Shown in pieces: positions 18,040 through 28,295 of a stretch of DNA of 34,294 nt. Every line of letters starts with the position of its first letter. Position 1 is the first letter of the stretch. The DNA comes from a virus (taxonomy: Duplodnaviria > Caudoviricetes): positions 1-34,294 of the IMG/VR virus record IMGVR_UViG_3300044580_000574, one strand, 5' to 3'. The position numbers and the translations under genes are program-made. The notes beneath the pieces were generated by a model. The model was given only the letters and a program-made list of their open reading frames with translations, was not told the DNA's origin and did no database searches.

Positions 18040-19389
18040 CTAGCGGCTTGTCACAAGGGCATCCTGCGCGATGATCGCATCAAGGAGATTTCTAATCGGG
18101 GATACTTCCTGATTCGCCAGGTCTATCCATTTCTGGTAGGCTTCCTTGTTCTTTACTTCCATGGCGGTTATCTGGGCGTATATGACATCAGCAAGCTCTG
18201 TTAAGTGCTGAATCTGGGAGGAATCCCGGGATGCTATCTGGCTTAAGGTAGCCGCGGAGGCTTGGAAGGCGTTATAGCGCTCGGCGCGTAAGCCTTCCTC
18301 ATACTCCGCAAGGCTTATCCTTCCTTGCTCTAAGAGGCTGTAATAGCTTTCAGCCTTATTCTGGTAGTTCTTTTCTTTCCGCGCCATTTCCGCGTTTAAT
18401 AGCCCTACTTCATTCTGGGTCCGCAGATCGCTTATTTTCGAGCGCACTTCATCGGCGGCGGCAAGGTAGGCCATCGTCGAGCCTGTGGAGGAGCGGATGC
18501 TGTTAAGGGTTCTTTGCGCCTGTGCCAGTTCCAATGCGACGGACTTGTCCCCTGCTCTCTGGTAAAGCGCCTTCTCCTCTTCGGTAAGTCCTTCCTGCCC
18601 GGAAAGTCCTTCGTCCACGGCGCTTGAAAGCGCTGACATCCTGTCCCTGTAGTCAGAGCCTGATAGCTCGTTTAAGCGCTCATACTCTGCTTCCGTATCA
18701 TCGCTGGTGATCCCTCCTGTGACGGCGGTTTGCGCATTCTTCATCTTTGTAAGCGCGTCCAGGTAATCAGCGGATGGACTACTTGAAAGGGTGGAAAGCT
18801 TTGAAGTTATATCGGCGTTCTGCGCTTCCAAAGCGGAAGTGTCATCGTAGGCCTGGATAAGCTTGCCTGTGGCGGTATCGTAGATACCCGGCGCTCTTCC
18901 TTTGCTGTCCCCGGGAAGCACGGTTTCATAGCGCAGTTCCCCGGATCGGTTTTGCATCGCCTGTTTAAGCTCGGCTATTACCGCGTCCACTTGCTCAGGA
19001 TCGGAGAAATCAATATCCCCGATAGTCAGGCTTTCAGGATTCGCCTTTATGATGGTAATAAGCTCGGCGGTTGTCTTCTTAGGCTGTCCATTCGGCAGGG
19101 TTTGCGGTTTTGTTTCAGTTGTAGGTGAAGGAATTGTAGCAAAGCCGTCCGGCGCGCCGTTGGCATCTGCGTCTAACGCGGCATTTCTTCTTGCCCTGGC
19201 TCTCTCCCTTGCTGTGCGGGAATCATGCACAATGTTTGCTTCATCAAAGACGAAGGGAGTGTAGGGACCGTAGGCTTCGTCGGGAAGTGAGCTGTTTACC
19301 GCAAGCGAGGAGCCTACTAGGGAGCGAAACGGATCATCCTCAAATTCCTTAAGGTTTTCGCCAAAGGCTTCAGGGCGTTTTTTTAGCAT
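18040..19389 (-). CDS. Putative internal virion (ejection) protein
   Basis: 449 aa, helical, Ala/Ser/Gln-rich; directly follows the tail-tube/nozzle gene. Confidence 0.55.
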   Translation of the reverse strand: MLKKRPEAFGENLKEFEDDPFRSLVGSSLAVNSSLPDEAYGPYTPFVFDEANIVHDSRTARERARARRNAALDADANGAPDGFATIPSPTTETKPQTLPNGQPKKTTAELITIIKANPESLTIGDIDFSDPEQVDAVIAELKQAMQNRSGELRYETVLPGDSKGRAPGIYDTATGKLIQAYDDTSALEAQNADITSKLSTLSSSPSADYLDALTKMKNAQTAVTGGITSDDTEAEYERLNELSGSDYRDRMSALSSAVDEGLSGQEGLTEEEKALYQRAGDKSVALELAQAQRTLNSIRSSTGSTMAYLAAADEVRSKISDLRTQNEVGLLNAEMARKEKNYQNKAESYYSLLEQGRISLAEYEEGLRAERYNAFQASAATLSQIASRDSSQIQHLTELADVIYAQITAMEVKNKEAYQKWIDLANQEVSPIRNLLDAIIAQDALVTSR

Positions 19390-21219
19390 CTAAAATGTTC
19401 CTTCTTTTATGCCAAGCGCGAAGCCTGAAAGCCGCGCCCCATTGTCCGAGTACGAAGAAATCCTTACTTGCAGCGCCTCTCCGTCAGTGTCATAGGGAAG
19501 GCTTACATACCGGGCAAGATCAGGCTTCTTAAGCCAGAGCATATTCGCCCTCACCGAATCCGCGACAAACTGGATTAGGAATTCTCCCTCCTCTTCACCG
19601 TGCGTTATCCCCATGGGTTTAAATCTGAAAAACCGCTTCAGGGACCCCGGATACCCGAAATCCATGTGTTTGGTGCGCATTTCCATCGGGATTGGATCTC
19701 CTGCATCCGTTGTCCCGGAGAAGAGCGTATAAAGACTGTCCTCTTGCCATGCGGCTAGTTCGTTCACGTCGTTTCGTGCGCCTAAGCCTTGGAACGCGTG
19801 GCGGGTGAATTTAAAGACCGAGACAAGAAAATCCCCGGCTGAGTTTTTGCGTAAGGTTGAAGGGACAAACAGGTAGCCGTTGCCGCTTGCTATGAGAAGG
19901 TAATTTCCCTTCTGACAGAAGGCAGCGCATGAAGGCTGTGCGAATTTTCCTTTAAGCTCTTTGGCTATGTGGCCGCTTACAACGGCGGTCGTTACGCCGT
20001 CATACAGGATCACGTTTTCGCCTGAGATAAATAGTACCTGGTTTTCAAACGGCACAACGCTGTCCGCCTGGGTGGTTCCGATATCCGCGATCCGGGTTAC
20101 CGTGGGGTTATTAAGAGAGTTTCCAGAAAAGCCGTAGAGGGTGCGCTCTTTAAAGACAAGCATCGAGTCTTTGAAGTTTAGAAGCCGCTTAATCCCTTTG
20201 CCGCCTTCAATGAAGACTTCCACGTCATCCGCGCGCCAGCCTGAGAGCGCATCAGGCGGGGAGAAATTAACAACATTCCCTGCCGCGAGGCACAGCATTG
20301 AACGGTAGACAGCCGCATCCGTGGGGTTTTCGTTGCCTGTTATCTGGGTTACATACTGCGTATGATGGATAGCTTCAATCCTGCCGGAAGGGGATTCCCC
20401 TTCTAATAGAAAGGATACTTCGACGACATACTGGCCTTTAAAATGGTTTTCTAGGGTGGAAGGGGTGAAGGTTATCTGGGTGCCTTCGAATTCCAGGTCA
20501 AATTCAATGACGATGCCGTCGGTAAGCGTAAGGACTGTAGGTTGTACTTCCTCCCATCCGCTTGAGGTGGAAATTCTCACCGTGGCGCTTATGACAGGTG
20601 CGCTTACATCCTTTATCTTGATGCGGTTGAACACTAAATCTGAGGCTATGTAGAAGCCTTCTCCCGATGAAGGAGCGAGCATCCAGGGTTCACCTGACTG
20701 CGCGGGGATGGTTGCGTCCGTATAGGTGCCGAAGGATGCTCTTCCTGCATTCCAGTCATAGTATTCCCGTGTTCGGATATCCAAGGCATCGAGGGAGGAT
20801 TCAGAATATGAATTGTTCAAAAATTGAACAATCGATGCTTTTGAATACCCGGCGGTCCCTACTATAACAATCGCCCCTGCGTACTCGATCATCCTCACTT
20901 TGGTTTCTTGTGCGGAAATGAGCGTGAGGGGGAGAGTGTCATAGCTTTCGCCGTTCTCGATCTGAAGCCATACCTGAAAGGTCGTATCCTTGGTGACGAC
21001 ATAATCCAGCGCCGCCCCTGTTATATCCGAACGCAAGAATCCCAGAATCGTATGACCTTCAAAGCGGTGCCGTAGTGAATAACCTTCCCGCATGGTTAGG
21101 CCGTCATGCCAGTAGCAGTTCTCGGCTAACAGAAGATCAGAGTCAGCCATGAAGGAGGAGGGCGTATCGGTGTGGAATCCGCCTGAAAAGTCCTGAAATG
21201 TCTTGATCGTTTTCGGCAT
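19390..21219 (-). CDS. Tail tube / nozzle (DNA stabilisation) protein
   Basis: Likely start MPKT at 21219; FQDFSGG...AENC N-terminus, beta-propeller-like body and TKHMDFGYPGSLKRF, typical of podovirus nozzle proteins. Confidence 0.75.
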   Translation of the reverse strand: MPKTIKTFQDFSGGFHTDTPSSFMADSDLLLAENCYWHDGLTMREGYSLRHRFEGHTILGFLRSDITGAALDYVVTKDTTFQVWLQIENGESYDTLPLTLISAQETKVRMIEYAGAIVIVGTAGYSKASIVQFLNNSYSESSLDALDIRTREYYDWNAGRASFGTYTDATIPAQSGEPWMLAPSSGEGFYIASDLVFNRIKIKDVSAPVISATVRISTSSGWEEVQPTVLTLTDGIVIEFDLEFEGTQITFTPSTLENHFKGQYVVEVSFLLEGESPSGRIEAIHHTQYVTQITGNENPTDAAVYRSMLCLAAGNVVNFSPPDALSGWRADDVEVFIEGGKGIKRLLNFKDSMLVFKERTLYGFSGNSLNNPTVTRIADIGTTQADSVVPFENQVLFISGENVILYDGVTTAVVSGHIAKELKGKFAQPSCAAFCQKGNYLLIASGNGYLFVPSTLRKNSAGDFLVSVFKFTRHAFQGLGARNDVNELAAWQEDSLYTLFSGTTDAGDPIPMEMRTKHMDFGYPGSLKRFFRFKPMGITHGEEEGEFLIQFVADSVRANMLWLKKPDLARYVSLPYDTDGEALQVRISSYSDNGARLSGFALGIKEGTF

Positions 21220-21220
21220 G

Positions 21221-21790
21221 TCAGCGTCCGAAGATTGAAGGATTGGCGTTCGCCTGGTCGATGTTGTACCGCTGAATTTCATTGCGGTAATTGGCTAAGT
21301 TCCTCGAAGCCTCATCGTATTCAAAGTTCTCTTCGGACAGCTTCGAAGCGGCTAGGTAGACTAAGGCAAGGTGTGCTTTTTCTGGCAATTCAGGTGCGTC
21401 GGTATCGAGGACCAAATCATTAGGAAAGCGGTCATAGATCAGTTTCGCGGTAAGCTCGGGGGCAGAGGCCTTTCTATTAAAAAGGATTTTCCCTCCTGAT
21501 ACGAAGTACAGTTCCGGGGTCCCTTCAATGTCCGATTCAGAAAGCATCGTCAAAGACCCCTTTTTAAGCTCATTCCGGGCGATAAAAAGATGATGGAGCG
21601 CAAAGAAGCCTTGCGGCGTTGCGATCTGGTTGCCTGTAAACGGCACGTCCAGGACTTCCGTTATCCCTCCTGCATCGATCACGAATTGGCGCATGGCTTC
21701 GTTAAGCCAGTCAGTGACCACTTCATTGGGAACATTCGTCCCGGTGCGTGAAAGCCGCCTGGCCTTTTCAATCATGTTTGAGAGAATCAT
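21221..21790 (-). CDS. Head-tail adaptor protein
   Basis: WLNEA, GTPELY and DAPELPEKAHLALVYLAA patterns; position after the capsid genes. Confidence 0.75.
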   Translation of the reverse strand: MILSNMIEKARRLSRTGTNVPNEVVTDWLNEAMRQFVIDAGGITEVLDVPFTGNQIATPQGFFALHHLFIARNELKKGSLTMLSESDIEGTPELYFVSGGKILFNRKASAPELTAKLIYDRFPNDLVLDTDAPELPEKAHLALVYLAASKLSEENFEYDEASRNLANYRNEIQRYNIDQANANPSIFGR

Positions 21791-22203
21791 GCGCTCACCT
21801 TCCCTCTGACCATGACCGGGAAGAGCATCGCCTTATCAAGGCTAAGGGCGTAGCCGAAGGCGTTAGCCGGGCGTATCGGAGCTTCGGCCCCTTCCACCGC
21901 CCCGGATGCTTCATAAAGCCATGCGTTTTCCCTTCTAATAGAAAGGATGGGTCCTATAACGCCGCCTATCTGGATGGTGCGCTCTACATTCTTGCTCATG
22001 GCAGTAGGATTCCAGCCTACGTAGAATTCCTCGGCCTCCGATTCGAAAGGATGAGCGACAAATCCTGATGGCGCGAAGGTTATCTTCATGAGGGTGCAGG
22101 AAGGGATGTACGAGTGCGCCTTCGCGGTTACAAAAACGGACCCGTCCGCGCCGTAGAGAAGCGCAAACCAGGGAGATGAGCCATTGCGGACGAGTCCAGT
22201 CAT
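21787..22203 (-). CDS. Putative capsid decoration / cement protein
   Basis: Likely start MTGLVRNG at 22203 just after the capsid stop; small beta-rich protein. Confidence 0.45.
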   Translation of the reverse strand: MTGLVRNGSSPWFALLYGADGSVFVTAKAHSYIPSCTLMKITFAPSGFVAHPFESEAEEFYVGWNPTAMSKNVERTIQIGGVIGPILSIRRENAWLYEASGAVEGAEAPIRPANAFGYALSLDKAMLFPVMVRGKVSA

Positions 22204-22207
22204 TTCG

Positions 22208-23206
22208 TTACGCTGCCTTCTCAATCCCGGTGAGTCCGTTGAATACAAAGGACGTGTGCCTGTATTTCATGACGGTGTTCCCGGAGAAGGACATTTTCTT
22301 GACTAGGTTGTTGGGGTAGTTTTCCAAAGGCTCCCAATCAACGGTCTTGAAGTTAAAATCGGGGTGAATCTGGAATTCGAAGGCGTTCATGTCCAGGCCG
22401 AAGAGGTATCCTGCGGGGCAGAAAGGATCGGCAAGGATGGTCGTTCCCTCGAAGGTGACATTGGTGAAGCCCATGTCGGCGGTCTCTTTGTCAGAGGTGC
22501 CTTCGTACTTCGTGGCAAGCCAGATTTTTTCCTTCAGGGTGGCAAGGATATCCTCGGTGGTCAGAAGGAATTTAGGTTTCTTACCGCCGAAGGTGGATGC
22601 GACAATGGCCTTATAGAGCGACTTCTTGCCCTTCGCCACATCGTCTGAATACAGGTCAAGGACGGTCCAGTCAGTCCCGGCATAGACCTTCGATTTCCAG
22701 TTAGGCGCGTCTACAGGGTCGATTCCTGCGTACTTCTGGGCAGAGACTAGGAAGGTAAGAGGAGAAATCATATCAAGGCAGGTCTCGACGTAGGCATCCG
22801 TGGAATACAGGTCCTTCGCCATCTTGTCCTCATAGTCCTCCTGAAGCTCCACGTATTTGTCCTTTAAAAGGGACACGATCTGCGCTTCTCCGACGTTCTC
22901 CACGCGCTCCTGCCAGTTGATTTGCGTGGAGCCGAAGTAGAATTTCCATCCCGACTTCGCGGCGGTCCGGCTGTCGCCCACGCCGTAGGTCACAGGGGCG
23001 GCGGGGTCTACACCTTTAACCGCGCCGTTGCCAGACATTGCGGTATAGCGGACAGGCCACTGGATATGGGTTCCGCCTTTTACTTTCACCTGGTTGCCCT
23101 TCTTCAGTTTTTTAAAGAAAGGGCAGTTGTCATAGGCTATGTTGATAAGCGCCTTCTCAAAGTACTGGCGGCTTACGGCATTCGCCTGGGAAATCTCTAG
23201 AGCCAT
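22208..23206 (-). CDS. Major capsid protein
   Basis: 332 aa, strong RBS (AAGGAG), follows the scaffold; GGTHIQWPV and GFTNVTFEGTTILADPFCP resemble HK97-fold coat proteins. Confidence 0.85.
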   Translation of the reverse strand: MALEISQANAVSRQYFEKALINIAYDNCPFFKKLKKGNQVKVKGGTHIQWPVRYTAMSGNGAVKGVDPAAPVTYGVGDSRTAAKSGWKFYFGSTQINWQERVENVGEAQIVSLLKDKYVELQEDYEDKMAKDLYSTDAYVETCLDMISPLTFLVSAQKYAGIDPVDAPNWKSKVYAGTDWTVLDLYSDDVAKGKKSLYKAIVASTFGGKKPKFLLTTEDILATLKEKIWLATKYEGTSDKETADMGFTNVTFEGTTILADPFCPAGYLFGLDMNAFEFQIHPDFNFKTVDWEPLENYPNNLVKKMSFSGNTVMKYRHTSFVFNGLTGIEKAA

Positions 23207-23237
23207 CTATGCGTTTCTCCTTATCTGTTAGTAGTTG

Positions 23238-24068
23238 TTAGTGCAAACCCGCTAAGGCGGCTTGCTCGGCTTCTTCCATGCTCCTATACGAGCCGGAAGC
23301 TTTCGGCACTGGACCGCTGCCCGGAAGGACTCTGGCAGCGCCTTTCGCCTGAATCCGGTCAACGATTTTCTTTTCCATCTCTAAGGGATTCTGGATGTTC
23401 CTGCCCTTAATCGAGTGATAGAGGAGGTCAAGGATCGCCTCGGAATCGCCTTCGGAGAGGATTTTTAACGCGCTCTCAATCTGAGGCTCATCGAAATCCT
23501 CGTACCGGGTTTTAAAGGAGTCATACAGCTTCCGCTTGGCTTCCTCCTGCTCCCGGTTCTTCTTCCAGCCTTCCATGTCGGCAAGCTTTTTCTCCAGTTC
23601 GGCGTACTTCTCATCCGCATACTGCCTGGCTCCGTCTAACGCCCCCCTCGCGGAAGGACCGTTTTTTACGGCTTCCTGTAGCTGGCGGTAAATGTCCGGG
23701 TTGTCGCGCAGGAATTGGTTGTACTTGTCGTACTTGGCTGACTCCTCCTTGCGCTTGGAATCCCATTCAGCCCTCTGCCGCTCATGCTCCTCCCGCATCT
23801 TCGCAATTTCTGCTGTCTTGCGGGTGTAGTCTGAGCGCATCATGCCCATGTTCTTCCACTCTTTTAGGAATTCATCCTTCGTCTTGTACGACTTTCGCAC
23901 GCCTTTCTCATCGTCAAGGTCAAGGAAAGTACCTGGGTCTACTTGTCCTGCCGAAGCAGGGGCGCTCTCAGCGTGTCCGGGTGAGAGATCAGTGGAAACC
24001 GTGTCGGCGCTCTCGCCGGGGCTTCCGCCGCCCACGCCATCGGGGCTGAAATAGGTACGTATGAACAT
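23238..24068 (-). CDS. Capsid scaffolding protein
   Basis: Disordered N-terminus, MMRSDYTRKTAEIA motif, charged coiled coil; directly upstream of the capsid gene. Confidence 0.85.
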   Translation of the reverse strand: MFIRTYFSPDGVGGGSPGESADTVSTDLSPGHAESAPASAGQVDPGTFLDLDDEKGVRKSYKTKDEFLKEWKNMGMMRSDYTRKTAEIAKMREEHERQRAEWDSKRKEESAKYDKYNQFLRDNPDIYRQLQEAVKNGPSARGALDGARQYADEKYAELEKKLADMEGWKKNREQEEAKRKLYDSFKTRYEDFDEPQIESALKILSEGDSEAILDLLYHSIKGRNIQNPLEMEKKIVDRIQAKGAARVLPGSGPVPKASGSYRSMEEAEQAALAGLH

Positions 24069-24071
24069 CTG

Positions 24072-24440
24072 TTATCTGCCTCCATACATCATTAGGTCTT
24101 CAAGCGATCCTGATTCCTGGCTCATCCTGCCCTGGCTTCCGAGTCGTGTTGCTACAGGGTCAGGTATCGGGCTTGCTGAAGCCGCCGCTTTCATCTTGTT
24201 TAAAGGATTCGCCTTTTGGGTCTCCCGCTGGACCATCTCGGATAATTGGGTGACAGGACCCTCAACATCGACACCGAGAGTGGAAAAAAGCTCCCGCACG
24301 CTCATGTCCTTGCGTAGCATCCCGCGCTCAGCCATGAGAAAGGCATCCTGGGGATTCATCACAGAAAGCCCTTCATCCATCGATTGCGGCACGCTCTTCT
24401 GGGGGGACATCCCTATGCCGGGGTCTATCGGGTTAGGCAA
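24072..24440 (-). CDS. Hypothetical head-module protein
   Basis: 122-aa ORF coupled to the portal stop, with an RBS. Confidence 0.6.
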   Translation of the reverse strand: MPNPIDPGIGMSPQKSVPQSMDEGLSVMNPQDAFLMAERGMLRKDMSVRELFSTLGVDVEGPVTQLSEMVQRETQKANPLNKMKAAASASPIPDPVATRLGSQGRMSQESGSLEDLMMYGGR

Positions 24441-26283
24441 CCGCTTCCTCCTTCACTTGTGCGTCTGAGAGATCGTTTAAAAGATTCTGAACCATCGCCT
24501 GATCTTCAGGCGCGTCGGGATTGCCTCCTCCCGCTTCGGCCTTCGCCATCTGCTCTTCCTTCTGCCGCTGTTCGGCAAGCCGGGCTAAAATCTTATCAGT
24601 TCCGGGGACGCGCAGCGTTTCAAGCACCGCCTGGGCATCGACGATTTTCATCTCAGCAAGCCGGAGCATGAGATTCGCCAGTGACTGCCTGTCCAAGGGG
24701 AGGGTGGAATTGGTTTGGATCTCAATATTGAAGTCAAAGTAGACTTCATCGGTCTCGGCTATCGCGTCGATGAGCGTTTCATAGTCTTCAATATCCTCTT
24801 TCTCTTCTTCAGAAAGATCATCATCCATGAGGCCTACAGGCGTTTGAGGCTTTAAGGCTTGGGCAAGGAAATCCTTCTGATTGGAAATCACGCCATATTG
24901 GACATCATCATCCTTGCGGATATAGAAGCTTCGAGGCTCGGTATAAAACTGCATCATGAGTTCCACGATGAGGGTCGCAAGGCGCTTTATCGAGGATTCT
25001 AAGTTCCTCACCCGCTGGCGCGTCCGGGTATAGGAGGATTCAAGAAGCATCGACATTTCGGTAGCTGTCTGGCGCTGGCGCTTTCCAGTCACCCCTTTTG
25101 TGACATCGGTGACACCTGAAACTTCCTCGATAAGCTGCGGAATCGTGGACATGATCTGCGTGATAACGGAAGGCAGGTCCGGGACATCGAGGGTCGCCAC
25201 TACATCCTTGGCAAATCCTGCCTTGGACATAAGGACCTGGTCTCCTTTCTGGATCGCGTCCTTTATCTGCTCAGTGCTTATCCCTGCCGATTCGTCAACG
25301 ACGATATTCCGCTTCGTGTACTTCCTGGCATGCTCGACTATCTGCTGTAAGCGGACATTGAATTCCCGGTTTAAATTCTCTATCTGATCAGGCTCCCCTA
25401 TCCCCCAGAATTGATGCGGCACCTTGTAATTGTGAAGCGCGACATAGGGAGGCCTTCCATGATTAAAAGGGGAGGGGCGATCATCAAGAAGGATCGCGTT
25501 CCCGCCAGTGAAGGTGAGGATTCTGCCGTTGGGGTACTTGGCTTTGCGTACCTTCTTTTTCTCCGATACATCCACACCGTCAGCGTTCTTCCCGGCGTAC
25601 TGTTCTTCTATGGCTTCAATGGTTTCGTTGTCTTTTAGCCATATTTCGTAGACAAGAATGTAATCCCCGATTAGGTCATGCTCAGCCAGGCGGTCCTGCT
25701 TCTGGTCATGCTCGGTCGCATACTCTTCCTGGGTAATGTTCTTTTCAGCCTTGGGGTAGAGCCTTCTCACATCCTCCACAGGCATGAGCTTTCTCATGCC
25801 GCACCAAGAGGCGTTCCAGGGATCATCGTAGCCGGGGGCAATCACGAAATCGAAAGGGTCCACTACATCGATGGCGACATCCCCTAAGCCCCCTGCGGCA
25901 TCGGGATCGAAATAGACTTTAAAGATCGCCGTGCCGTGTATTAGGCAGTCATAGACAGCATCGAGGAGTTTTTCATCCATCCTTGCCATTTCCCAGACGA
26001 ATTTGAGTGCGTCGTTGTAAAGGTCGGCTACCCGCTGGAAGAAATAGCGGCGGGGCAGGACTGACCAGATAGGTCTGTTATCAGTAAGAAGCGGGGCGGT
26101 CGTCTGGATTGTGGAGAATATGAAGTTGCAGAATACCCGGGAGTCTTCAGGAGTAAGCTCATCTTCATTCCACCATTTCCCGGTGAATTCCTTAATAAAG
26201 CGCTGCCACTTCTTGCGGCGCTCCTCATGCTCAGGTGAGCCGTAGGATGCATCGACGGCATCTTTTAATTCTGAAAAAGTCAT
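24433..26283 (-). CDS. Portal protein (P22-like)
   Basis: 616 aa after terL; VDPFDFVIAP, FWGIGE, EEVSGVTDVTKG and QTATE motifs. Confidence 0.9.
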   Translation of the reverse strand: MTFSELKDAVDASYGSPEHEERRKKWQRFIKEFTGKWWNEDELTPEDSRVFCNFIFSTIQTTAPLLTDNRPIWSVLPRRYFFQRVADLYNDALKFVWEMARMDEKLLDAVYDCLIHGTAIFKVYFDPDAAGGLGDVAIDVVDPFDFVIAPGYDDPWNASWCGMRKLMPVEDVRRLYPKAEKNITQEEYATEHDQKQDRLAEHDLIGDYILVYEIWLKDNETIEAIEEQYAGKNADGVDVSEKKKVRKAKYPNGRILTFTGGNAILLDDRPSPFNHGRPPYVALHNYKVPHQFWGIGEPDQIENLNREFNVRLQQIVEHARKYTKRNIVVDESAGISTEQIKDAIQKGDQVLMSKAGFAKDVVATLDVPDLPSVITQIMSTIPQLIEEVSGVTDVTKGVTGKRQRQTATEMSMLLESSYTRTRQRVRNLESSIKRLATLIVELMMQFYTEPRSFYIRKDDDVQYGVISNQKDFLAQALKPQTPVGLMDDDLSEEEKEDIEDYETLIDAIAETDEVYFDFNIEIQTNSTLPLDRQSLANLMLRLAEMKIVDAQAVLETLRVPGTDKILARLAEQRQKEEQMAKAEAGGGNPDAPEDQAMVQNLLNDLSDAQVKEEAVA

Positions 26284-26531
26284 GAATCCGCCTTTATGAT
26301 GCCGTTTTCTGCCATGTACTTCTCCCGGGCGGCCTGGGAGTTGAAATTCATGCCTGTATAGGGGTCATGCCCGGCTCTGAAGGCTACTTTGATAGCAGGG
26401 GATGAATACTTCCGGCGCAGTTTCTTAGCGCAGGTGGGGCATAATTGTTCAGTTTCGTTTATTTTCTCCGGGTCCACGTAGATTGATTCCATGATGCCGC
26501 ACCGTTCACAGATAAAATCGTAGAGAATCAC
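26280..26531 (-). CDS. FmdB-like zinc-ribbon protein
   Basis: YDFICERCG...CPTC...LRRKYSSP. Confidence 0.8.
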   Translation of the reverse strand: MILYDFICERCGIMESIYVDPEKINETEQLCPTCAKKLRRKYSSPAIKVAFRAGHDPYTGMNFNSQAAREKYMAENGIIKADS

Positions 26532-26713
26532 CGTATCACTCCGTATGCCCCGGTCTTGAAATCCTGCATCGCCGTGCCGTCGGTTCTCCTAGAGCCTGAA
26601 ACGTACTTAGGCGCTTTCTTTATGCGTTCCTCCATGGCGATAAGCCTCTCTAGATAGTTCTCTGGGAAGTGAGAGAATGAGGCCTGGGTTATATGCCCAT
26701 CGTTACGCAACAA
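26528..26713 (-). CDS. Hypothetical protein
   Basis: 61-aa ORF overlapping both neighbours, with a GGAGG RBS. Confidence 0.55.
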   Translation of the reverse strand: MLRNDGHITQASFSHFPENYLERLIAMEERIKKAPKYVSGSRRTDGTAMQDFKTGAYGVIR

Positions 26714-28265
26714 ACTTCGCCTCCCATGAGGACTTCAAGCGCCGCTTGAACATCCCGAATAACGAATCAGGTCGATAGGACCTGTCTTTAAGCACGTCGC
26801 CGGAATTCCCCGAAGTAAATTCCGTTATGATCTGGACCATCATCGTGAGCGCGTCCACAAGATCGTCATGCTCCCCTTTGGGGAAGAATTCCATCTGAAG
26901 AAGGAGGTCAGCTAACGACTGGTTTATAAATACCCGGCCTGTGCGCACTACGCCGCCTAGGATGCGGTTTATCTTGTCCTCTTTGGACATGGACCGTGGC
27001 GCGTCAATCTGCTCAAGCTTGAAGCGCAAAGGCTTTCCTGTGATCTCTTCGTATTCCCGCTTCTTTATATCAAGGAGGTATTGAATCCCCGCCTGTAGCC
27101 CTAACTCGATTCCCACGGTCTTGGGGCGGTACTGCACGATGAGCCTTATTAGCTCATCCACCATCTTGTCAGGCTTTAGGTGAATCTTCTTAGCCTCGAT
27201 CACATACAGAAAGCCTTCTGAATTGACAGCCCCGATGATAACGCCTGTGTCATCTGAATAGCGTTCGGCTGTCGCCGCCGGGTCCACGGTCATGTAATAG
27301 GCATACGCTCCCGGGGGAAGCTCGGAATATGTCGGCTGCGGGGGAGGGAATATCTGGTCATCCCTCGGGACCGGGTTGTTATCGTACTGGCAGGAATATT
27401 CGTACGCTCCCTGACGTTGCTTGATCTTTGCGAGCATCGAGAGCGTGAAGAACCGATAGATTGGCTTTCCATCCTCCACAGCCCGGCGAATAAATACCCT
27501 GTCCCTGTACCAGCCTTCTTTTATCACCGTTCCGTAGATATCCGAGAAATGATAGCGAGTGCCTATCATAAGCTCGAAGCCTTCAGGGTCCTTAATTGAC
27601 TGGATATAGGAATACCAGTCCCGAACCTTCTTTATTTGCTCCGGGGTCGAACAGGATTGTTCGTTGATAATGTCATCCATGATGATGACATCGTAATGCC
27701 GCCCAACGATGGTAGCGCCGACTCCCCATGCCTCAACCTGGTTCTCCTGGGGAATCCTGCCCCATTCGCCTGATCGGTATACAGTAAGCTCGTTGGCGAC
27801 AGACCGCTTCCAGTTGGCAAACCGCTTGCCCGGTTCCGGGATTCGGTCGGGGAATAGCCGCATGAGCATAGGGGTACAGAAAAGTTGCTTGATTTCCCCT
27901 AGCTGAGACTCCACCAAACTGGAAGTCCGTGAAAAAAGCCCGATACGGATATTAGGATTCTGAAGGATCAGCTGGATGATCTTTACTTTCGTCCAGGCTG
28001 ACTTCATGTGTCCGCGGGGAATCAGAATAAGGGTGTCGTCATTCCTCTCCATGATGCCTGAAAGCCATCCGTGCAATACTGGATCAAGGCGGGGTCTTCC
28101 CCCATCCTCGATCTTGTCCATGCCCAGAATGACGGCACCCAGGAAATACAAATCAGTGAGAGCCTTCCATTGCAGGTACAGCTCTGCCGCTAGCTCCTCC
28201 TTCCCTGTTTTGTCTAAGAACTCTTTATACTTCCGCCTTTCAGCGGGAGTGCGCACGTATTCCAT
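26703..28265 (-). CDS. terL: Terminase large subunit
   Basis: Walker A LIPRGHMKS, Walker B VIIMDD, nuclease motifs TVDPA and HDDLVDAL. Confidence 0.95.
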   Translation of the reverse strand: MEYVRTPAERRKYKEFLDKTGKEELAAELYLQWKALTDLYFLGAVILGMDKIEDGGRPRLDPVLHGWLSGIMERNDDTLILIPRGHMKSAWTKVKIIQLILQNPNIRIGLFSRTSSLVESQLGEIKQLFCTPMLMRLFPDRIPEPGKRFANWKRSVANELTVYRSGEWGRIPQENQVEAWGVGATIVGRHYDVIIMDDIINEQSCSTPEQIKKVRDWYSYIQSIKDPEGFELMIGTRYHFSDIYGTVIKEGWYRDRVFIRRAVEDGKPIYRFFTLSMLAKIKQRQGAYEYSCQYDNNPVPRDDQIFPPPQPTYSELPPGAYAYYMTVDPAATAERYSDDTGVIIGAVNSEGFLYVIEAKKIHLKPDKMVDELIRLIVQYRPKTVGIELGLQAGIQYLLDIKKREYEEITGKPLRFKLEQIDAPRSMSKEDKINRILGGVVRTGRVFINQSLADLLLQMEFFPKGEHDDLVDALTMMVQIITEFTSGNSGDVLKDRSYRPDSLFGMFKRRLKSSWEAKFVA

Positions 28266-28274
28266 GAATCTCCG

Positions 28275-28295
28275 AAGTATCTAAATAAGATACTT
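28275..28295. promoter_or_regulatory. Palindrome AAGTATCT-N5-AGATACTT just upstream of the terL RBS
   Basis: Perfect 8-bp inverted repeat; AAGATACTTTTG (28287-28298) recurs at 28535-28546. Confidence 0.4.

Noticed and set aside
6145-28284. Numerous plus-strand ORFs of 60-150 aa opposite the late operon
   Set aside because: They are antisense shadows of well-supported genes, with no recognisable motifs.
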